DNA from: Candidatus Magasanikiibacteriota bacterium
Lineage (GTDB): Bacteria; Patescibacteriota; Patescibacteriia; Magasanikbacterales; UBA922
Length of the DNA stretch: 64,000 nucleotides
NCBI GenBank assembly: GCA_041674805.1
Contig: JBAYVA010000002.1
Coordinates: 83,234 to 147,233 of the forward strand
Direction of reading: 5' to 3'
Shown here: positions 1 through 9,824 of the stretch, in pieces
Layout: each line of letters starts with the position of its first letter
Position numbering within the stretch: position 1 is the stretch's first letter
Made by a program: the position numbers and the translations under genes
The notes under the pieces: model-generated
The model's input: only the letters and a program-made list of their open reading frames with translations
Databases searched by the model: none
Told to the model about the DNA's origin: nothing

Positions 1-305
1 CTGAAAGTTCTGAAAAAATAAGAACACGTGTCGAACGTGCTCGTGAAATACAAAACAAAAGATTTGCTGATAGTTCTTATACCACAAACAGTGAAATGAA
101 AAATAAAGATATTAAAAATTTTTGTAAATTAAATGAAGCATCTATTGAATTACTCAGACAAGCAGTCAGCCATATGAATTTATCAGCCCGCAGTTATCAC
201 CGCATTTTAAAATTAGCCAGAACGATTGCTGATTTGGCAGGTGTAGAATATATCGCCACCGAGCATATTGCTGAGGCTTTGCAATATAGAGCGAAGGTAG
301 AGTGA
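1..305 (+). CDS. comM: Mg-chelatase-like AAA+ protein ComM/YifB, C-terminal fragment (the gene starts upstream of the window)
   Basis: Frame 3 is open from position 3. The translation ...ESSEKIRTRVERAREIQNKRF...LSARSYHRILKLARTIADLAGVEYIATEHIAEALQYR matches the conserved C-terminus of the YifB/ComM family. The stop is TGA at 303-305. Confidence 0.7.
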   Translation, partial: ESSEKIRTRVERAREIQNKRFADSSYTTNSEMKNKDIKNFCKLNEASIELLRQAVSHMNLSARSYHRILKLARTIADLAGVEYIATEHIAEALQYRAKVE

Positions 306-329
306 GAGATTTAACAAAAATTTTTATGT

Positions 330-1604
330 TTAAATTTTTTTAAAAAAATCTATAAAAATATACCAAGAATATTTCACCAAACTCGGTACATTGTGTAATT
401 TCAAAATCAAAGAGGATAGACCCTTTCCTTTTTCTTTACTATCACAAAATTGAAACAAAAAGCCTTCTTTTTCTTTGGCAATTATCTTATACATTTGTCT
501 AAAGGTACGATTTGTTTTCATTCTATCCCAAACAAATCTATAAAAAACTTGTTTTTTATAATAAGTAATTATATTATGATAATTATTCATATTTTTTAAA
601 AAACTAGCAAAAACTTTATCATCACTCTTATCAAAATAATCTACTAATAACTTAGCAGATTCAATACCTGAAATAATAGAACCTTTGATACCATCTGCAG
701 CAAAAGCTCCACAAAAACCAGCTGCATCACCTATCAATAAAATTTGTGATTTATAAATATTTTTAAGAGGTCCTCCAATTGGTATCTTACTACCATAAAC
801 ACCATAAGACGCATCAACAGAATTATCTATATTTATAATATTTTTTTTCAAAAGTACTTGTATAAATTTTTTTAACAATTCTTTGGCATTTTTATTCTCT
901 TTCATTTTTTTGGCAAGACCAATACGAAAAGCTTTTTTATCATCTATTATAGTAGAAGATAGCCAACCACCATAACCAAGTGAAAAATCACCAAACCAAA
1001 AATGATAAATTGTCTCTTCTGGATTTGGCCCTAATAAAATATTACCAAAATAAACTTCTTCTATACCAAATAGAAATTTTTTATTTTTTTCTAAAGAATT
1101 TTGTAAAGCAACCTTCGAGCTACCACCATCAGCTCCTATCAAAAATTTTGTTTTTACATTTATTTTATTACCTTTTTGCAAAAAATTGACTGTCATTTTT
1201 TTATTTTCTTCATCGATTTTACTATTATCTATATAAATAGTTTCTGTCCACAAAGTAACATTTTCTGATAAATTATTAGCCATTTCTTGTATCAATTTTT
1301 TTGTATCTGTTTGATAAATCCAAGGATCTTCCTTACTAGAAAAAAAATGTTCTTCAAAATCAGTAGTAACAACACCTATTGTTGTTATTTTATTAGTAAT
1401 ATAATTATCTATTTCAAAAAAACTATCAAATATTTGTCTAGTATGTTCTGTTATCAAACCTGTAGATTCTACAGTAAAACCAACTGATGGTTTAGCTTCT
1501 ACTATCAAAACTTTTATCTTAGAATCTTTAGGTAAATTACGAACAAAAGATAAACCAGAAAAGCTAGCTCCAACTACGACGATATCAAAATATAAATCAT
1601 TCAT
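330..1604 (-). CDS. FAD-dependent oxidoreductase, geranylgeranyl reductase family
   Basis: The N-terminus has a Rossmann dinucleotide-binding motif, DIVVVGASFSGLSF...VLIVE. LLIGDAAGFCGAFAADGIKGSIISG is typical of the GGR/FixC family. Confidence 0.7.
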   Translation of the reverse strand: MNDLYFDIVVVGASFSGLSFVRNLPKDSKIKVLIVEAKPSVGFTVESTGLITEHTRQIFDSFFEIDNYITNKITTIGVVTTDFEEHFFSSKEDPWIYQTDTKKLIQEMANNLSENVTLWTETIYIDNSKIDEENKKMTVNFLQKGNKINVKTKFLIGADGGSSKVALQNSLEKNKKFLFGIEEVYFGNILLGPNPEETIYHFWFGDFSLGYGGWLSSTIIDDKKAFRIGLAKKMKENKNAKELLKKFIQVLLKKNIINIDNSVDASYGVYGSKIPIGGPLKNIYKSQILLIGDAAGFCGAFAADGIKGSIISGIESAKLLVDYFDKSDDKVFASFLKNMNNYHNIITYYKKQVFYRFVWDRMKTNRTFRQMYKIIAKEKEGFLFQFCDSKEKGKGLSSLILKLHNVPSLVKYSWYIFIDFFKKI

Positions 1605-1697
1605 AATTTTAATAATTATTTATATAACAACTAAATTACAGCCAACTAAGCATACCACATTACAAAAAAAAGAAAAGCATATTTATACTTTTCTTTG

Positions 1698-1771
1698 TCG
1701 GAGTGAAAGGACTTGAACCTTCGACCCTCTGGTCCCAAACCAGATGCTCTAGCCAACTGAGCTACACTCCG
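1698..1771 (-). tRNA. tRNA-Pro (anticodon TGG)
   Basis: Reverse complement is CGGAGTGTAGCTCAGTTGGCTAGAGCATCTGGTTTGGGACCAGAGGGTCGAAGGTTCAAGTCCTTTCACTCCGA. It folds as a cloverleaf with anticodon loop TTTGGGA. Confidence 0.85.
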
Positions 1772-1774
1772 TTA

Positions 1775-1850
1775 TAAGTTAAAAGTTCATAAAGTTATAA
1801 AGTTTTTAAAGTTAAAAGTAACTTTTAACTTTATGAACTTTAAAAACTTT
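1775..1850. repeat. Long AT-rich imperfect palindrome between tRNA-Pro and tRNA-Phe
   Basis: Core perfect palindrome AAGTTAAAAGT-A-ACTTTTAACTT (about 1809-1831). The flanks are reshuffled complementary blocks: TTCATAAAGTT / AACTTTATGAA and AAAGTTTTTAAAG / CTTTAAAAACTTT. Confidence 0.6.
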
Positions 1851-1861
1851 CAACTTCTCTG

Positions 1862-1933
1862 TGCCGAGGGGGAGAATTGAACTCCCGACACGAGGATTTT
1901 CAGTCCACTGCTCTACCACTGAGCTACCTCGGC
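1862..1933 (-). tRNA. tRNA-Phe (anticodon GAA)
   Basis: Reverse complement is GCCGAGGTAGCTCAGTGGTAGAGCAGTGGACTGAAAATCC...GGGAGTTCAATTCTCCCCCTCGGCA. Anticodon loop is CTGAAAA. Confidence 0.85.
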
Positions 1934-2027
1934 TTTAAAAAACAGTTGACACTTGACTGTTAACAATTAACTTTCAAAATTACATCAATGTTAAATGTCA
2001 CAAGTCAAATGTCAACTGTCGATAGTG

Positions 2028-2100
2028 GACCAGACAGGACTCGAACCTGCCACATCCGCCGTGCAAGGGCGGCGCTCTACCAGATGAGCTACTGGCCCAT
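2028..2100 (-). tRNA. tRNA-Ala (anticodon TGC)
   Basis: Reverse complement is GGGCCAGTAGCTCATCTGGTAGAGCGCCGCCCTTGCACGGCGG...GGTTCGAGTCCTGTCTGGTCCA. It carries the G3:U70 Ala identity pair. Anticodon loop is CTTGCAC. Confidence 0.9.
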
Positions 2101-2194
2101 TATAATACAGACTTTTATACAACATTTTTAGACGAGAAAATTATATCAATAATACGATTAAAAGTCAATACTTTTAAGACACCTTTCCACAATA

Positions 2195-3892
2195 CTACTT
2201 TAAAAAGCTAATTCCTGAGGTAAATCTTAGTTGCATTTCATCTTTTTGACTTTTACGAAGATCAAAAAATGTCTTATTTGTCAAAGGTTTATTTTGAATA
2301 ATATCAGAAATCCACTGTCCTCCCAACAAGTGTGTCATCATCACATAATTGGCTCCAGCTTCATATAAATCATCCAAATAAGTATTATGATAAAGATTAC
2401 CAATAATAATAACTTTTTTATTTATTTTTCTAATGTGTTTGAACAAAATGATTTGATCATCAGGATTAGGTATTGTACAAACTATCATTTCTGCTTTTTC
2501 CAAAGGCAAACTTTCCAAAAATTCTATATCACTAACATCCCCAAAAAATGCCGGAATATGTCTATTTTTCAAAACTTTTACTGCTTCAGGATTATAATCC
2601 ACTACCGCATATTTCATATTTTTTTCAGCAAAACCTTCACACACTTTCCAACCAATACGATGATAACCAAAAACCCAATTAGTAAAAATTTCTTCATTTT
2701 TTTCTATTTGTTTGTGCTTATCATGTCCGAACAAATTGAAGACTGGACGCAAAAATTCAAAAATCTTCTCACTATAAGTAATAAGATAAGAAGATACAAT
2801 AATAGTTGTCAAAGCGACAATAGTAAAAATTTCTAATTCTTTGCCAACCACATGTCCCAAATTTCTTCCAACAATCAAAAGCACAAAACCAAATTCACTG
2901 ACCTGAGCCGCTGTCACACCAGCCAAAAAACTATTTCTTCTTGTGAATTTTTGTGAACGAAAAGCCCAATACAAAACAAAAGGATTACCAATCAAAATAA
3001 ATAAAGATAAAATCAAACCATTTATCCAAATTCCATCCAAATTAGTAAGTGACATTTCACTACCCAAAATAATAAAAAATATCACAATAAAAAAATCACG
3101 CAAAGGTTTGATACGACTAGAAATTTCTGATTGAAAAGGCGAAGAACCAAGAGTAAGACCAGCTACTATAGCACCAATTTCCAAAGAAAAACCCAACCAA
3201 TATAACAAACTAGAAATACCAAAACACCAAGTCAAAGTAAAAATAAAAAGAAATTCACCAGACTTCGCCACACTTTGTAAAATTTTTGGAATAATATATC
3301 TCGCTGTCAGTCCAACAAATCCCAACAAAATAAATATCTTACCAACTAATTCTCCTACTTCTACCCAAATATTATTTCCTTGACCTAATGATGTCACCAT
3401 CATCATAATAAAAATAGCCACAATATCTTGTACTACCATGAGACCAATAGTATATCTACCATAAACACTTTCAGTGTCTTTTTTGTCTGCCAATAATTTT
3501 ACAATAATAATAGTACTAGAGAAAGTCAAAGCCAAAGCCAAATAAATAGCTGACGATGCTGAAAATTTCATGGCAAGAAGTATCAAAAAGCCAAGAGAAG
3601 CTGTAAATATTACTTGGGCCATACCTGTAATGACCGCAACTTTACCAATACTCTTGATATGTTGAATATTGAGACTTAAACCTACCACAAACAAAAGCAA
3701 CACAACACCAAATTCAGCCAAAGCATCAAAAGTATGTCCACCTTCTTGCAACAAATTCAAAAACATCGGACCAGCAATAATGCCAGCAATCAGATAAGAA
3801 ATTAAAAGTGGTTGTTTTAACAAACGCAATACAAAAGCTACAGAAACAGTAATACCAAGCAAAGCAGAAATTTGAAGAAAAATATTATCCAT
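2195..3892 (-). CDS. Monovalent cation:proton antiporter-2 (CPA2, KefB/KefC-like) with C-terminal RCK/TrkA-N domain
   Basis: About 12 predicted TM segments in the Na+/H+ exchanger fold. The C-terminal part, VVDYNPEAVKVLKNRHIPAFFGDVSDIEFLE...AEMIVCTIP, is a Rossmann RCK domain. Confidence 0.8.
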   Translation of the reverse strand: MDNIFLQISALLGITVSVAFVLRLLKQPLLISYLIAGIIAGPMFLNLLQEGGHTFDALAEFGVVLLLFVVGLSLNIQHIKSIGKVAVITGMAQVIFTASLGFLILLAMKFSASSAIYLALALTFSSTIIIVKLLADKKDTESVYGRYTIGLMVVQDIVAIFIMMMVTSLGQGNNIWVEVGELVGKIFILLGFVGLTARYIIPKILQSVAKSGEFLFIFTLTWCFGISSLLYWLGFSLEIGAIVAGLTLGSSPFQSEISSRIKPLRDFFIVIFFIILGSEMSLTNLDGIWINGLILSLFILIGNPFVLYWAFRSQKFTRRNSFLAGVTAAQVSEFGFVLLIVGRNLGHVVGKELEIFTIVALTTIIVSSYLITYSEKIFEFLRPVFNLFGHDKHKQIEKNEEIFTNWVFGYHRIGWKVCEGFAEKNMKYAVVDYNPEAVKVLKNRHIPAFFGDVSDIEFLESLPLEKAEMIVCTIPNPDDQIILFKHIRKINKKVIIIGNLYHNTYLDDLYEAGANYVMMTHLLGGQWISDIIQNKPLTNKTFFDLRKSQKDEMQLRFTSGISFLK

Positions 3893-3953
3893 GTTTTTTT
3901 ATTATTTGTTTATAAACATATTATAACAAATTTTTAATTTTTTTTCTACAATT

Positions 3954-6900
3954 TTATTTAGAAATAAATTTTTTAATCAATTTTTTTATTTTTGAAAAAA
4001 TATTTTCTCCATTACTTTTCAAAAAAAGTCCAAACAAAATAGCAGTAAAACCACCAGCTGTAGCTGTTAAATATTTTTCAACAATATCCGCGTTGTCTTG
4101 CTCTTTGGCTTTTTCTTTTTTTGTTACCAAATCTTCACTAACACCTGTTTTAATAATATCATTTTGATCACGTGGCAACAATTGATATTCTGTTTTTGTT
4201 TGATGAAGTAGTCCAGTAATACTTACTAAATTACCTTCTTCAAATATATCTTTTTTTATACCAGCTCCTCTCTTAAAATATACTTTTATTTCCTCAGTTC
4301 CATCGTCTACATACATATAAGAACTTTTTATTTCTGTAATTTCACCACTTACCAAAATAAGACTACCTTCATATTGTTCCCCCACATCTTCTAATTCCAA
4401 GACTCTACCAATTGGTAATTCACTATGTCCCAATTTTTTTATATCATTTTTTTCTTTTAATTTTATTCTAGTTTCACCAGAAGTTTCTGTAATTTCTCCC
4501 ATAACTTCTATTTTGTCTCCCCTTTTTAAATCTGGAAAATCTTTACTAAACATATAAATTTGTACACCAGCATTTTCAGAAACTATATAAAAAATTTGTG
4601 TACCCATTATACCTGGTTCTACTGCTACTGTACCTGTCACACTAATCATATCACCCAAATCTTCATCACGTATTTTTTCTAAACTAGTGTTTATAACTGC
4701 TTTCACTGAATTACTCTTACTTTTTACTATTTTAACGGATTTTACTTCTGTTATTTCTTCTACAAAATTTACCTCACCAGGGCTAATAATTTTATTCCAA
4801 ATCCAGTTACCTTCACTATTACGAACATAAGAGGCTCCTTCTATTACATCATCAAATCTTACTTCCATTATAATAGTTCCATCAGGATACAAAAGACGCA
4901 CAGAATCACTAGTGTTATTCAAAGCCAACTTTGTATCTTGGCGACCAAAGACTTTATATTCTTTAGCTTTTATCAAAGTATTAGCTCCTACAGTATAAGC
5001 TTTTGATCCACCTTCTTCATCATCAATTTTTAAACCCGAAATATCAACATCTTCTTCTGTAGGATTGTGAATTTCAATAAATTCAGTAGTATCTGAACCT
5101 ACTGGATTTGGCAAAATCTCTGAAATGTACAAAACAGATATATCACTTGTTCCAGCATAACCACCCACAAAATCTTGAGACAATTTTACACTTAAAACAA
5201 CATCCTTTTTACTTTCATTACTACCATCACTTACTGTCAAAGATACAGTATAAACTCCTTGTTGCAAAAATTTATGTTCTACACTCGCGCCATCTTCATC
5301 AGTCCCATCAGCAAAATCCCAATGAAATTTTAAATCTTTTCCTTCTGGACTAACAGTATCAGAAGCATCAAATTTCACCCATTCATTTACAGCTACTTCG
5401 GTATCTACATCAAGTGCAATAATTGGTGCTGCACTTTTACCTTCTACTATGTTTTTGCTTCCAGCAGTAATTTTACTACTCCATACCCAAGTAGCATCAT
5501 CTTGCCTCACATAACTAAAAGAATCACTAGCACTACCAGGATAACTTACACTATTTACGATTGCCCCATTTGGAGAAAATAATTTTACTTCATCTCCTCC
5601 TGTATTATTTAGAGCTATTTGTGTCATAGTTCTTTTGAAAACAATGAATTCATTTGCTTTCAATACACCTTGTTTTATTGTATATTTTTTCTTACTAGAA
5701 TCAGATAATTGCCAATCTTTCAAATCAATAGTTTCTGTACCTTTATTCCAAATTTCAATAAACTCATCATCACTATCACTACCTGGAGGATTTGGATAAA
5801 TTTCATTCAAAACTATGTTTGTTTGCAAAGAAAAAATTTCTTGTTTTTCCAAATCTTCAGCTTTTAAAGATAAAACATTTTTTTGTCCCCTAGTAATAGT
5901 ATCTGTAATTATAAAATCATAATAATCATTATCAGCATCTTGTCCATCTGTTTTTCTTATCAACGAATATGGATCACTTGCCACAGCAGCATTATCATAA
6001 GTATTACCATCATCCCAATTGCCATAAGTAACTTTATCTATTTCTTTTTTACTAGGATCTAATAATAACAAAATATCACCAGCATTATTGAGACTTCCTT
6101 TTGGTTCCTCAATTACAAAAAAACCTTTAGGCAAAATAGTCCCTGTCAAAATCGTAATTGTTTCACTACCATCTTCCAAAGACCAATCATTTAAATCAAT
6201 AATTTCTGAAGTGTTGTTATATATTTCTACGAATTCTTTTTCTCCATCACTAGGATCAGAAACCAACTCGTTTATGACCAAATCTCGTGCATTATAATTT
6301 TTTGTTGTTACTTCAGAACTAGAAGACGAACCTCCACCAGAACTAGAAACTGGAATATTTTTAATAATATTGACTTCACCTGGCGTTGGTTCTGTGGTAA
6401 TAGAAAAATCATTTTTATTATTTCCCGTGTTTTGACCATCCACGATTCTCGCCACAGAATAAGGATCACTGTGTGCAGGAGCGTTGTCTGAAATATCTTC
6501 ATCAAAAAAATCTATCCAATCACCAAAACGCACTGTGTCTATCAAATTACCAGAATTATCATACAAAAAAATACCATCACCATCATTGTTCAATTTACTA
6601 GACAAAATATTTACTCGCAAAAAACTTTTTGTTTCCAAAATATTATCCAAAACCAAAATTTTTTTTGTGCTACTACTACTTTTGTCACCTTCGTGCACTT
6701 CCCAATCTTTCAAATCAATAGTAGAGGTAGAATTATTATATATTTCTACCCATTCATTTTCACCAGCCACAGGATCACTTACAAATTCATTAATAACTAT
6801 TTCATAATTAGGAATAGTATTTGTCGTGGTAGTAGTACTTTCAAAATTTTCTACTATACTAAAGTTAAAAATGTCACTTGCAAAATCATTTTTATCATCT

Positions 6901-7697
6901 ATAACTTTTAATTCAAGACTAAAGTTGCCAATATCAGAAAAAATATATGAAAAAAAAGAACTAGTTGATAAAAGTATATTATCAAACAACCAATTATACT
7001 CTACTATTTGGCCATCACTATCACTAGAAGTACTACCATCAAAATCTACAGCTTTTGATTTTTGAAAAATGTTTCCACTTGTAACAATTTTGGCAACAGG
7101 TTTTTGATTTTGAATATCATTATTATCTAAAGACCAATAATTTTTTTGTCCTACCGAATTATTGTCTGGATGTTCTTGCCAATTATCAATATTATTTATT
7201 GGCTGAAATACATCCATTCTTTCCAAAGAATGATTATTTTGGATGGCTTTATAAACAAAATTTTCTATGAAACTATCATCTTTTTTTAAACCTATTTCTT
7301 CTCCACCCTTGTTCAAAGTTGTCCAAGAACTGTCCAAAATTAAAGAAGAAAAATTTGGATATCTCTCAAAAAAATTCAAATCATTTTGAGTAATTACAGC
7401 GTATCCTTTTGGAGCTAAAATAAAAGTTTGAAACAAACTTTTTTCACTAATATTTAAACTATGATTAGTATCTGCTTCCCAAAATTTCCAGCCAGTCAAA
7501 TCCATACTTTCATCACCTTTGTTATAAATTTCTATCCACTGAAAACCACTTTCAGCACAACCAGTAGGACAAATTTCTGTAATCACCACATCATTATCAG
7601 AACCAAAAACAAAATTTTTAAATAAAAAAACACTCAATATAAGTGCTAAAAAAAACAAACTAAATTTTCTTAATTTAATAAAAAAAATTTTAATCAT
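3954..7697 (-). CDS. Giant secreted/membrane-anchored protein with multiple lamin-tail (LTD) domains, a PKD domain and a C-terminal OB-fold
   Basis: N-terminal signal/TM. At least five LTD-like repeats: VITEICPTG..WIEIYNKGDESMDLTGW, NEFVSDPVAGENEWVEIYNNS..DLKDW, INELVSDPSDGEKEFVEIYNNT, LNEIYPNPPGSDSDDEFIEIWNKG, ISEILPNPVGSDTTEFIEIHNPT. PKD-like HWDFADGTDEDGASVEHKF..YTVSLTVSDG. C-terminal OB-fold (ISVTGTVAVEPGIMGTQIFYIVSENAGVQIYMF) followed by a TM helix. Confidence 0.8.
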   Translation of the reverse strand: MIKIFFIKLRKFSLFFLALILSVFLFKNFVFGSDNDVVITEICPTGCAESGFQWIEIYNKGDESMDLTGWKFWEADTNHSLNISEKSLFQTFILAPKGYAVITQNDLNFFERYPNFSSLILDSSWTTLNKGGEEIGLKKDDSFIENFVYKAIQNNHSLERMDVFQPINNIDNWQEHPDNNSVGQKNYWSLDNNDIQNQKPVAKIVTSGNIFQKSKAVDFDGSTSSDSDGQIVEYNWLFDNILLSTSSFFSYIFSDIGNFSLELKVIDDKNDFASDIFNFSIVENFESTTTTTNTIPNYEIVINEFVSDPVAGENEWVEIYNNSTSTIDLKDWEVHEGDKSSSSTKKILVLDNILETKSFLRVNILSSKLNNDGDGIFLYDNSGNLIDTVRFGDWIDFFDEDISDNAPAHSDPYSVARIVDGQNTGNNKNDFSITTEPTPGEVNIIKNIPVSSSGGGSSSSSEVTTKNYNARDLVINELVSDPSDGEKEFVEIYNNTSEIIDLNDWSLEDGSETITILTGTILPKGFFVIEEPKGSLNNAGDILLLLDPSKKEIDKVTYGNWDDGNTYDNAAVASDPYSLIRKTDGQDADNDYYDFIITDTITRGQKNVLSLKAEDLEKQEIFSLQTNIVLNEIYPNPPGSDSDDEFIEIWNKGTETIDLKDWQLSDSSKKKYTIKQGVLKANEFIVFKRTMTQIALNNTGGDEVKLFSPNGAIVNSVSYPGSASDSFSYVRQDDATWVWSSKITAGSKNIVEGKSAAPIIALDVDTEVAVNEWVKFDASDTVSPEGKDLKFHWDFADGTDEDGASVEHKFLQQGVYTVSLTVSDGSNESKKDVVLSVKLSQDFVGGYAGTSDISVLYISEILPNPVGSDTTEFIEIHNPTEEDVDISGLKIDDEEGGSKAYTVGANTLIKAKEYKVFGRQDTKLALNNTSDSVRLLYPDGTIIMEVRFDDVIEGASYVRNSEGNWIWNKIISPGEVNFVEEITEVKSVKIVKSKSNSVKAVINTSLEKIRDEDLGDMISVTGTVAVEPGIMGTQIFYIVSENAGVQIYMFSKDFPDLKRGDKIEVMGEITETSGETRIKLKEKNDIKKLGHSELPIGRVLELEDVGEQYEGSLILVSGEITEIKSSYMYVDDGTEEIKVYFKRGAGIKKDIFEEGNLVSITGLLHQTKTEYQLLPRDQNDIIKTGVSEDLVTKKEKAKEQDNADIVEKYLTATAGGFTAILFGLFLKSNGENIFSKIKKLIKKFISK

Positions 7698-7823
7698 ATT
7701 CCCCCCTTAAAAGATTAGATTATAAAAACAAAAATATTATAACATAAAATTTTAAAAAATAAAAAGCCGTTTGACAACTTTGTGGACAAAGATCTATACT
7801 TACTAAAATAAAAAGAAAAAAAT

Positions 7824-8126
7824 ATGAAATACAATAAACTTATTCGTGATAAAATCCCAGAAAATTTAAATAAAAAAAACGTAAAATACAAAATTCATAT
7901 TGCCGACGAAAAAGAATATGAAGAAAAATTACGAGAAAAACTCGGTGAAGAAATGCAAGAATTTTTAAAAAATTCCAATGTAGAAGAATTAGCCGATATC
8001 TTGGAGGTAATATACGCTCTTTGCACTTTTTATAAGATAGACAGAAAAGACTTAGAAAAAACAAGAAAAGAAAAATTCGAAAAAAAGGGAGGTTTTAATG
8101 ATAAAATTATTTTAGAAGAAAGTTAA
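7824..8126 (+). CDS. MazG-like / phosphoribosyl-ATP pyrophosphohydrolase-like nucleotide pyrophosphohydrolase
   Basis: 100 aa. YNKLIRDKIPE...EKLREKLGEEMQEF...EELADILEVIYAL...KKGGF matches the small all-alpha NTP-PPase family. Confidence 0.65.
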   Translation: MKYNKLIRDKIPENLNKKNVKYKIHIADEKEYEEKLREKLGEEMQEFLKNSNVEELADILEVIYALCTFYKIDRKDLEKTRKEKFEKKGGFNDKIILEES

Positions 8127-8187
8127 AAAAATAAAAATACTCTTAGTTTAACAAGAGTATTTTTATTTAAATAACTAATAACTATAA

Positions 8188-9591
8188 TTATTTTCTAACG
8201 TAAGAAAGTGGATTAACAAATTTTCCATTTACACGAATTTCAAAGTGAGTGTGAGGTCCAGTAGAACGACCTGTAGATCCCATCAAGGCAATCGTTTGTC
8301 CTTGTGTCACATAGTCACCAACTTCTACAAATAATTTTGAGTTATGCCCATATAAAGATACTACACCATTACCATGATCAATTTTGATATAACAACCATA
8401 TCCACCATTATAACCACATTGTGAAGTAATTACAGTACCAGCTTTGGTTGCATAAATGGCTGTACCAATAGGGCCTGCAACATCCAAGCCAGTGTGTTTC
8501 AACCCATAATATTGGGTAACAATCTTAGCAGCAGTTGGCCACAAATAACCAGAACCAGCAGGAGCTTCTACTGAAGAAGGTAAAGCAACTACATTATTAT
8601 AAGAAGCAGGCCTTGTCGCTACATAAGTTGGTTTTTTAATTTCTTCCACTTTTTTGCCACCAGGAACGATAAGCAGTTCCCCTATCACAATATCAGCACC
8701 ACCCTCTTCCAATTTATTAAATTTTATAATTTCATCAGAATTCGCACCATAAACTTTGGCAATTTTGGAAATAGTATCATTTTTAACTACTTTGTGTGTC
8801 ACACCATCAGTTGGTAAAATAATCAAAGTTTGATTTGGTTTAATAGTAGACCTTGCAGTTAAATTGTTTGCCCATAAAATTGTATTTACACTAATACCAA
8901 AACGACTTGCTATTTCTCCTATTACATCCCCAGACTGTACAACATATTCCAAAATTTCACTTCTATTAGTTTTTACAATTTGTGAACCATTCGAATTTTG
9001 ATTTGCCAACTCTGAACCAGGAATAATTGTTGGTTTAGTTACTGCACTACCACCGACAGTGACACTTACCAAATCTTCTAATTTATTACTTTTATTTAAA
9101 ACTTCTTTGCTATTTTCTACAGAAATACTACCATCTTTCCAATTCAAATTACTTTTATCACTGTTATTTGTGTTTATATTGTTTACAAGTATTTCTTCTT
9201 CATAAAAGTCTTGATCACTAGTGTCGATAATTTTATATAGCAAAGAATTTCTACCAGAAATTTCACCAAATTCTTTGGTATATAATTTAGTATGGGGATA
9301 CATAATAACAAAAAATATTATAAACAAAAAAATCTGAAGAACACCTCTTCTACCAAAAATTTCTATTTTACTTTCTTGTCTAAATAATTTTAATTTATTT
9401 AAATTTTTTTTACTATAAAAAAGGGCTTTAAACAATACAAACCCCAAAGTTCTTTTATAAATATTATTAACAAATAACAAAAATTTCCAAAAAAAAGATA
9501 TCCCGAAAAAAGTAAACCTTTTTAAATATATCAAAGACTTAAGTAAATATAATATAAATTTGTAAAATTTTTGATTCATAGGTATGTCCAA
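8188..9591 (-). CDS. LysM-domain M23 family metallopeptidase (peptidoglycan endopeptidase)
   Basis: Two LysM motifs: VQSGDVIGEIASRFGISVNTILWANNL and VKNDTISKIAKVYGANSDEIIKFNKL. C-terminal M23 signature: HTGLDVAGPIGTAIYA...GYGCYIKIDHGNG..SLYGHNSK...GSTGRSTGPHTHFEIR. Confidence 0.85.
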   Translation of the reverse strand: MDIPMNQKFYKFILYLLKSLIYLKRFTFFGISFFWKFLLFVNNIYKRTLGFVLFKALFYSKKNLNKLKLFRQESKIEIFGRRGVLQIFLFIIFFVIMYPHTKLYTKEFGEISGRNSLLYKIIDTSDQDFYEEEILVNNINTNNSDKSNLNWKDGSISVENSKEVLNKSNKLEDLVSVTVGGSAVTKPTIIPGSELANQNSNGSQIVKTNRSEILEYVVQSGDVIGEIASRFGISVNTILWANNLTARSTIKPNQTLIILPTDGVTHKVVKNDTISKIAKVYGANSDEIIKFNKLEEGGADIVIGELLIVPGGKKVEEIKKPTYVATRPASYNNVVALPSSVEAPAGSGYLWPTAAKIVTQYYGLKHTGLDVAGPIGTAIYATKAGTVITSQCGYNGGYGCYIKIDHGNGVVSLYGHNSKLFVEVGDYVTQGQTIALMGSTGRSTGPHTHFEIRVNGKFVNPLSYVRK

Positions 9592-9701
9592 TTATAACTC
9601 AAAATAGACTTTTTTTCAATTCTAAACAATTTTTTAATCAAAAACAAAAAACTATTGAATTTTATAATAATCTATGCTATTATAATTTCACACAAAATAA
9701 T

Positions 9702-9776
9702 GGTACCGTAGCCAAGCGGTAAGGCAGGGGTCTGCAAAACCTCTATTCGTGAGTTCGATTCTCGCCGGTACCTCCA
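9702..9776 (+). tRNA. tRNA-Cys (anticodon GCA), CCA encoded
   Basis: GGTACCGTAGCCAAGCGGTAAGGCAGGGGTCTGCAAAACCTCTATTCGTGAGTTCGATTCTCGCCGGTACCTCCA. Anticodon loop is CTGCAAA. Confidence 0.85.
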
Positions 9777-9787
9777 TAATTATACAA

Positions 9788-9816
9788 AAAAACAGCTTAC
9801 CTAAGCTGTTTTTTAT
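9788..9816. terminator. Bidirectional Rho-independent terminator (tRNA-Cys / 3D-domain gene)
   Basis: A-run, then hairpin AACAGCTTA-CC-TAAGCTGTT, then T-run. Confidence 0.6.
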
Positions 9817-9824
9817 AATTTTTT

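Noticed and set aside
2387-7065. Numerous antisense or embedded ORFs of 60-150 aa inside the antiporter and LTD-protein genes (for example 2387..2836, 5108..5353, 6484..6807)
   Set aside because: They are typical AT-rich-genome shadow ORFs. They have low-complexity translations (F/I/K/N-rich) and are fully contained within strongly supported long genes.
7760-7790. TTGTGGACA DnaA-box-like sequence upstream of the MazG-like gene
   Set aside because: It is a single isolated box embedded in a plausible TTGACA...TATACT promoter, far from dnaA. A chance match is likely.
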